A stretch of 64,000 nucleotides of DNA from the NCBI RefSeq assembly GCF_009914755.1, contig NC_060939.1; one strand, given 5' to 3'. A program made the translations under genes and the position numbers. The notes below the pieces were generated by a model, which was not told where the DNA came from, did no database searches, and was given only the letters and a program-made list of their open reading frames with translations. This document shows positions 57,270 to 64,000 of this stretch, piece by piece. The stretch's first letter is position 1; every line of letters begins with the position of its first letter. This DNA is from the human T2T-CHM13v2.0 reference genome, Homo sapiens.

Positions 57270-57620
57270 AAAAATATACATATCAAAATGTAAAACACCA
57301 ATGAGAATATATCTTAACAAAAATGTATAAAACATTTATACATAAATTTTTTAAAGTACTGAAAAACATTTTTTTAAATACCTAATAAATGGAAAATCAT
57401 TCCATATTCATGGATTGGCAAAGTCAATGTAAAAGTGCTGATTCTCCCTAAATTGATCCACAGGCAATGCAGTTCCAATCAAAATCCCAAACATTGTCTT
57501 GTTGAGTCTGACAACTGATTTATGCAGAAGGACCAAGGACCGCCAAGGCTGTGCTGAGGAACACAGGTGTGGAAGGCTTGCCTTCCCAGACATGCAGAAG
57601 CCATGGGATCCGGGGAGCCA
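57270..57620 (+). mobile_element. Old L1 ORF2 remnant, right part
   Basis: cctaataaatggaaa..ttccatattcatggattgg...ttctccctaaattgatccacag..caatcaaaatccca. Confidence 0.8.
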
Positions 57621-58156
57621 AGATAGGGACCAGCCTGCATTTCTGTTCCACTTTTACTACTAATTGGGACTTTGGCCAAGCAATGCCCTTTCTCTGGGTC
57701 TTCGAGCCCTCGTCTCAAAACTATGCTCATCCTCAGCTCTTCCATTAAGAAGCTCACATATTCAAAGTACACCTCAAAATGATCTGAAAACCCACACTAC
57801 AATCCTAAAGTCACAAAGTCATTCTGACTTTCCTAGAGAAAGCCTTTAAGAAACACACCTGCCTGTGGAGCTCATCGGTAAACTCCATCCAAGCAGGAAC
57901 GCCACCCACCCAGCCACCCACGTCCTCAGCTACTGACATAAGCGAGGCTGAAAGAGAAGTTTCTGTTTGGGTGCCTGGTGTGTGGCACACACGGCTGCTT
58001 GGGCCGGACCCCTGACAACCAGTGGACAACTAGCTCATTGTCTGAAGCACAATCCTCCTTTTCCTTCTATAAAGGTGACTTTGTGTTCTCCTTTGGGAAA
58101 AGTAATAAGCAATTCTCTGCTGGGTTTCTGGGTGCAGTGTGTTCTAGGAAGGGATC

Positions 58157-58519
58157 TGATATGGTTTGGCTGTGTCTCCACCCAAATCTCATATTGAACT
58201 GTAGCTCCCACAATTCCCACGTGTTGTGGGAGGGACTCGGTAGGTAACTGAATCACAGGGCTGGGCCTTCCCGTGCTGCTCTCGTCCTGACAGTGAGTAA
58301 GTCTCACAAGACCTGATGGTTTTCTAAGGGGGAGTTCCCCTTCATAAGCTCTCTTGCCTGCCATCATCCACGTAAGATGTGACTTTGCTCCTCCTTGCCT
58401 TCCACCATGATTGTGAGGCCTCTGCAGCCATGTGGAAATGTGAGTCAATTAAACCTCTCTTTATACATTTCCTAGTCCCAGGTATGTCTTTATTAGCAGC
58501 ATGAAAATGGACTAACACA
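58157..58519 (+). mobile_element. THE1 (MaLR) solo LTR, THE1B/C-like
   Basis: tgatatggtttggctgtgtc...tgagtcaattaaacctct...actaacaca; 5-bp TSD ggatc/agatc. Confidence 0.95.
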
Positions 58520-58668
58520 AGATCAGAGCAGGTCTCTCCACGTGCAGAACACCCCAGGACCCAACACTTCACTAAAAAACAAGAACACATGGACACCATG
58601 CCTGACCTCGAGGTCCCACCAACCCACTGCCCCAAGCCCAGGAGGAAGCCTCTGTCTCCACCCTGTAC

Positions 58669-58800
58669 CTGTATTTGATGTCGAATACTGTGGAGTCCTC
58701 ATCTTCATCATCCTCTTCATTTAGTGGCGCCATTTCCACTCGCTCTGCTGGAGTGGTGATGATATCATACTTGCGTGTCTTCTTTAACCTCTTTCCCGAC
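58669..58800 (-). CDS. FAM174B: FAM174B internal coding exon (132 nt, phase 2-2) encoding the cytoplasmic tail [43 protein letters not shown](R)
   Basis: Minus strand: acceptor ttcttctcctgcag|G and donor TACAG|gtacag. The translation matches the recognised C-terminus of membrane protein FAM174B. Confidence 0.96.
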
Positions 58801-59140
58801 CTGCAGGAGAAGAAGCACATTCATGAGAACACAGCTGGGAGAGAAAGAGTCACTGGGCCCCAAGCCCCAGAGGACCCGACAGCAACTTAGCAGCTGGTGT
58901 TTAGTCAGGTTTCCTTCCTCTGTCTGAGAGTGTGAGGATCTGATGGAAGGCAAACCACACTGCTGCCTCCAGCCTGGCTGCTGAGACTGCTCCCAGGAGA
59001 TTCGGTTAACACCCTGCTGCCCCACTTATGGTCATGGGACCTCAAGTGAGTGACCGACCTCGCTAACCCTTAAAGCAGAGGTCCCTGGTCTGAGCACTAA
59101 AAACTCAGTAAGCAAGATAAATAATACACAAATGCAATAT

Positions 59141-60146
<1,006 letters not shown>

Positions 60147-60269
60147 ACAAATGCAATATTTTAAGAAGGCAAAATACATGCTTTAAAAAAAAGCCCCAAA
60201 GATCAAGATGTCCAATGAGGACCGGGTTTGTCACAGCCTGACGCTTGAGGGCGCCGCCCTATAGGCCAG

Positions 60270-60440
60270 CCACGGGAGAGTTGGGTCAGAAACAGGCTGC
60301 TCTGTGCTTGTGTGATCAGGGGCAAGTCAGTTCATCTCCCTGAGCTTCCATTCCCTTACAAACCAGGTGAGGGAAAATTGCATGAGATGATGCAGTTAAG
60401 CCTGCACACAGCAGGCTCTTGGCAAAAGTCACTATTAGGG
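60270..60440 (+). mobile_element. MIR fragment
   Basis: gtgtgatcaggggcaagtcagttcatctccctgagcttccattccc. Confidence 0.6.
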
Positions 60441-60564
60441 ATGATAAATAAAGAGGAATTAAATACGCTACATCATTTCTCCTAGGTCAAGGGCTTGTGA
60501 AAATGAGTCAATTTTGTTTCCATCATGAGGATTCATGAGGAAAATGGTTACAACACTACAGTGT

Positions 60565-61172
<608 letters not shown>

Positions 61173-63015
61173 TAACACTATGTTTTTACCTTTAGGATGG
61201 TAGAGGGTCACTGTGGGCTGCAGGGAAAGCACTGACAGAAGCCACTTCAGCCTCTAGCCTAAGACTCTGCACGAAGGCTGCGATATGTATCAGAACATGG
61301 CTGGAAGGTCTAGGATGCCACTGGGAATAACACTATTAGTGTGATGACTGACGTTCTTTGTGTTTGTTCCTCCACTCTCTTGAACTTTTTCCTAACTGCT
61401 TTATATTCACTGATGTCCCTCCTTTTTCAGAATATTTAATACTGTCTATGAGAAACCAGCCAACCCAGAAAGTCATAAACGGGGCACTGAAGAATCAGGT
61501 TCCCTACACATTCTTCTTGCTGACCATACGCTATTCCCGAGTGGAGACCACATCAAAGACACACGCGAGATCTCTTTGTCTTCAGCACGGAGAAACTCTC
61601 CAGTAAGTTGGCAAAATGAATGAAAACAAAACTTCACTTTCAGATTTTCTAAAAATTTCTTAGCAACAGCAACTTGGTCTTCTCTTAACTGATATGATTT
61701 ACCAAAAACATTGTTTACCAAAGTGTCACGTCATGTCTTTGGCATAAAGCAACCTATACAACCCACAGCACCCACTTCTCATGGTTCCTTGGGTACGGAA
61801 AAGGAGTAAGATTTTGGAAGAGGGGGAACAATCAGCTGTAAAGTCTGATGATACCCAAGCCTTATCACAAAGCATTTTTCGTCTCTGCTTTCATCACCGG
61901 TATACACACACACGCACACACACGGACACACAGGCATGGGTGTGAATCTACCCGGATTCTGAACACAGGATAAAGCATGGTGCAAATGCCAAGCCTGGTG
62001 ATAAGAGGATAAACCAAAGGGGCACACTGCCAGTCACCTTGCCAGTAGCCCTGGGACAACAGTATTTAGAAATCAAGCTTTGTGTGGGACTTAAATGCTA
62101 CCTTTATAAACAGTTGGATCCACATTCTCTCCCCCAAGAGATACTTCTCTCCACCTCCCTCCAAAGGAGTAAAATAAATCTCTGCATTCTGCCCTAGATG
62201 ACTTATAACCCCAGACCAATTCCATCTCAACACTGGCAGGGGGAAATTTAAGCCCAGAAGTGGATCCAAATGCCACAAGCAATCCAAGACAAAACCACAT
62301 GAAAAACCACCCATCCTCAAGCCTTTGAGACTAGGGTCAAACTCCCGATCTACACGCCTTTCTCAGAAAGACAGCCCTAAATCTCTCTCCGGACAAGTTG
62401 CGGCTGTCTGGGAGGAGAGCTTGGCTTCTGCAAAGGGACAAGGCTGGGCTGTCCATTTCTGACACACAGCTAAACAAGCATCTGGAACGGGAGAAAAGAA
62501 ATGTCCTTCAAACCCAAGGACATGAGAAAGTCCCCTGTGGACCCTCAAAAGGACACACCCAGACGGCTTCAGGCTGAGGAGTCATAGTCATGTTTGTGAC
62601 TCTTTTTCAGGCACCACAAAGCCCAGAAAATGCAAAATTGGATTAGCAAACCTCATTGCATACTTGGAACTTGATGCCTCGTGTAGTCATTGGCCCTGGG
62701 GCAGGACTGATGGCTGGCCCTGGGAGAAAGCTCCGGAGGCTCTGTCTTCAGCCCTAGCCCTGCCTCATGGGAGTGAATCCCTGACACCTATAAAATCACT
62801 TTCCTTCTCTATAATCTTATCATTCACGTATATAGAGTCTTACAATAAGAAAATGAGCCTGCTGAGCTAAAATAAGGCCCTTGAACCCCAACCCATAGGA
62901 GAAGGAGGAAAACTACGCTAGCATCCAGAACACTGTGGCCCATGATGCTTTAATGCCAGCCTCTGCAGCCAAGCAACCCCAGGAAATAAAAAATCCCAAG
63001 ATTATATACCAAAGG

Positions 63016-63504
63016 TGTGATGGCTAATGCTCTGTGACAACTTGAGTGGGCCACAGGGTGCCCAGACGTTTGGTCACACTGTCTGCGAGGATGGCCCTGG
63101 ATGAGATTAACAGTGGAATCAACGGGCTCTGAGTACAGCAGATGGCCCTCCCTAATGTGGGTGGGCCCCATCCATGCAGTTGAAGGCTTGAATAGAACAA
63201 AAAAACACAGCTTTCCCTCAAGGAGTGGGAGAACTCCTCCTGTCTAACTGCCTTCCAACTGGGACATCAGTTTTTTTCCTGCCTTGGGACTCAAACTAAC
63301 ACATCGGCTCTTTGTGAGTCTGCAGCTTGTCCGCATTTAGGCTGGACCTTATACCATCAGCCCTCCTGGGTCTCCAGCTTACAGATGGCAGATCCTGGGA
63401 CCTGTCAGCCTCCATAATCACATCAGCTGATTCCTTACGATAAGCCTCTCTCTCTCTCTCTTTCTCTGTCTCTCTCTCTCTCCTCTCTTTCGCTCACTAT
63501 CTCT

Positions 63505-63541
<37 letters not shown>

Positions 63542-63574
63542 ATTGATTCTGTTTCCCTGAAGAATCCAAATACA
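63016..63574 (+). mobile_element. ERVL solo LTR, MLT2B-like, with internal (CT)n(CA)n at ~63445-63538
   Basis: tgtgatggctaat...ggatgagattaaca...ccctaatgtgggtggg...ctattgattctgtttccctg; TSD aaagg at 63011-63015 and 63575-63579. Confidence 0.9.
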
Positions 63575-63913
63575 AAAGGCTATTAGCAAGAGTCCTCATG
63601 TATGCTTCAAATGCCAGTTTTGACATAATGAGCTGGAGAAATTACATTTCAAACAATCAACTCTCTGAAACACAACTCTCTTTACAAAAGAAGAGCAATT
63701 TCTGCTGTTTCCACTGCTGGGTGTGTTAATAGGGATAAAACTGAGACTGCTGAGAAGTTTAAAGACATCGAGACACGTTCCCAGCTGTGGTGCACCGGCT
63801 GTGTTGACAAGGGTCTTCGCGGATGGTAGCAGGAAACCTCATAGCGTATAAATGGAGTTGAGGGTGCAGGGACAGGGAAGTGGGATTGAGGGTGCAGGAA
63901 ATCTTCACATATT

Positions 63914-64000
63914 TCTTTCTTTTTTTTTTTTTTTTTTTGAGACAGAGTCTCGCTCTGTAGCCCAGGCTGGAGTGCAGTGGCACAATCTTGGCTAACTGCA
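63914..64000 (-). mobile_element. Alu (partial, cut by the window end)
   Basis: Poly-T then gagacagagtctcgctctgt. Confidence 0.95.

Overview
Primate, almost certainly human, genomic DNA that is mostly non-coding and repeat-rich (Alu, SVA, L1, L2, MIR, MaLR/ERV LTRs, DNA transposons). The only protein-coding content is the 3' part of FAM174B on the minus strand (recalled as chr15q26.1): a 132-nt coding exon at 58669-58800 and a last exon starting at 47900 that adds only 4 coding nt (G TAA), then ~2 kb of 3'UTR with AATAAA at 45907-45912. The best hidden element is an old, disrupted LAMTOR3 (MP1) processed pseudogene on the + strand in the last FAM174B intron (~55190-57270). It sits inside an old L1 and is interrupted by an Alu and by a MER2 that carries another Alu. 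Also notable: a 5'-truncated SVA with a perfect 15-bp target-site duplication (TSD), an LTR2 (HERV-E) solo LTR with a rearranged end, a 35-bp AT-rich minisatellite inside an AluY's TSD, a 90-bp diverged local duplication, and two well-defined candidate non-coding exons. I see no support for a new multi-gene system, and nearly all listed ORFs are spurious. Repeat subfamily names come from memory of consensus sequences, not from a search.
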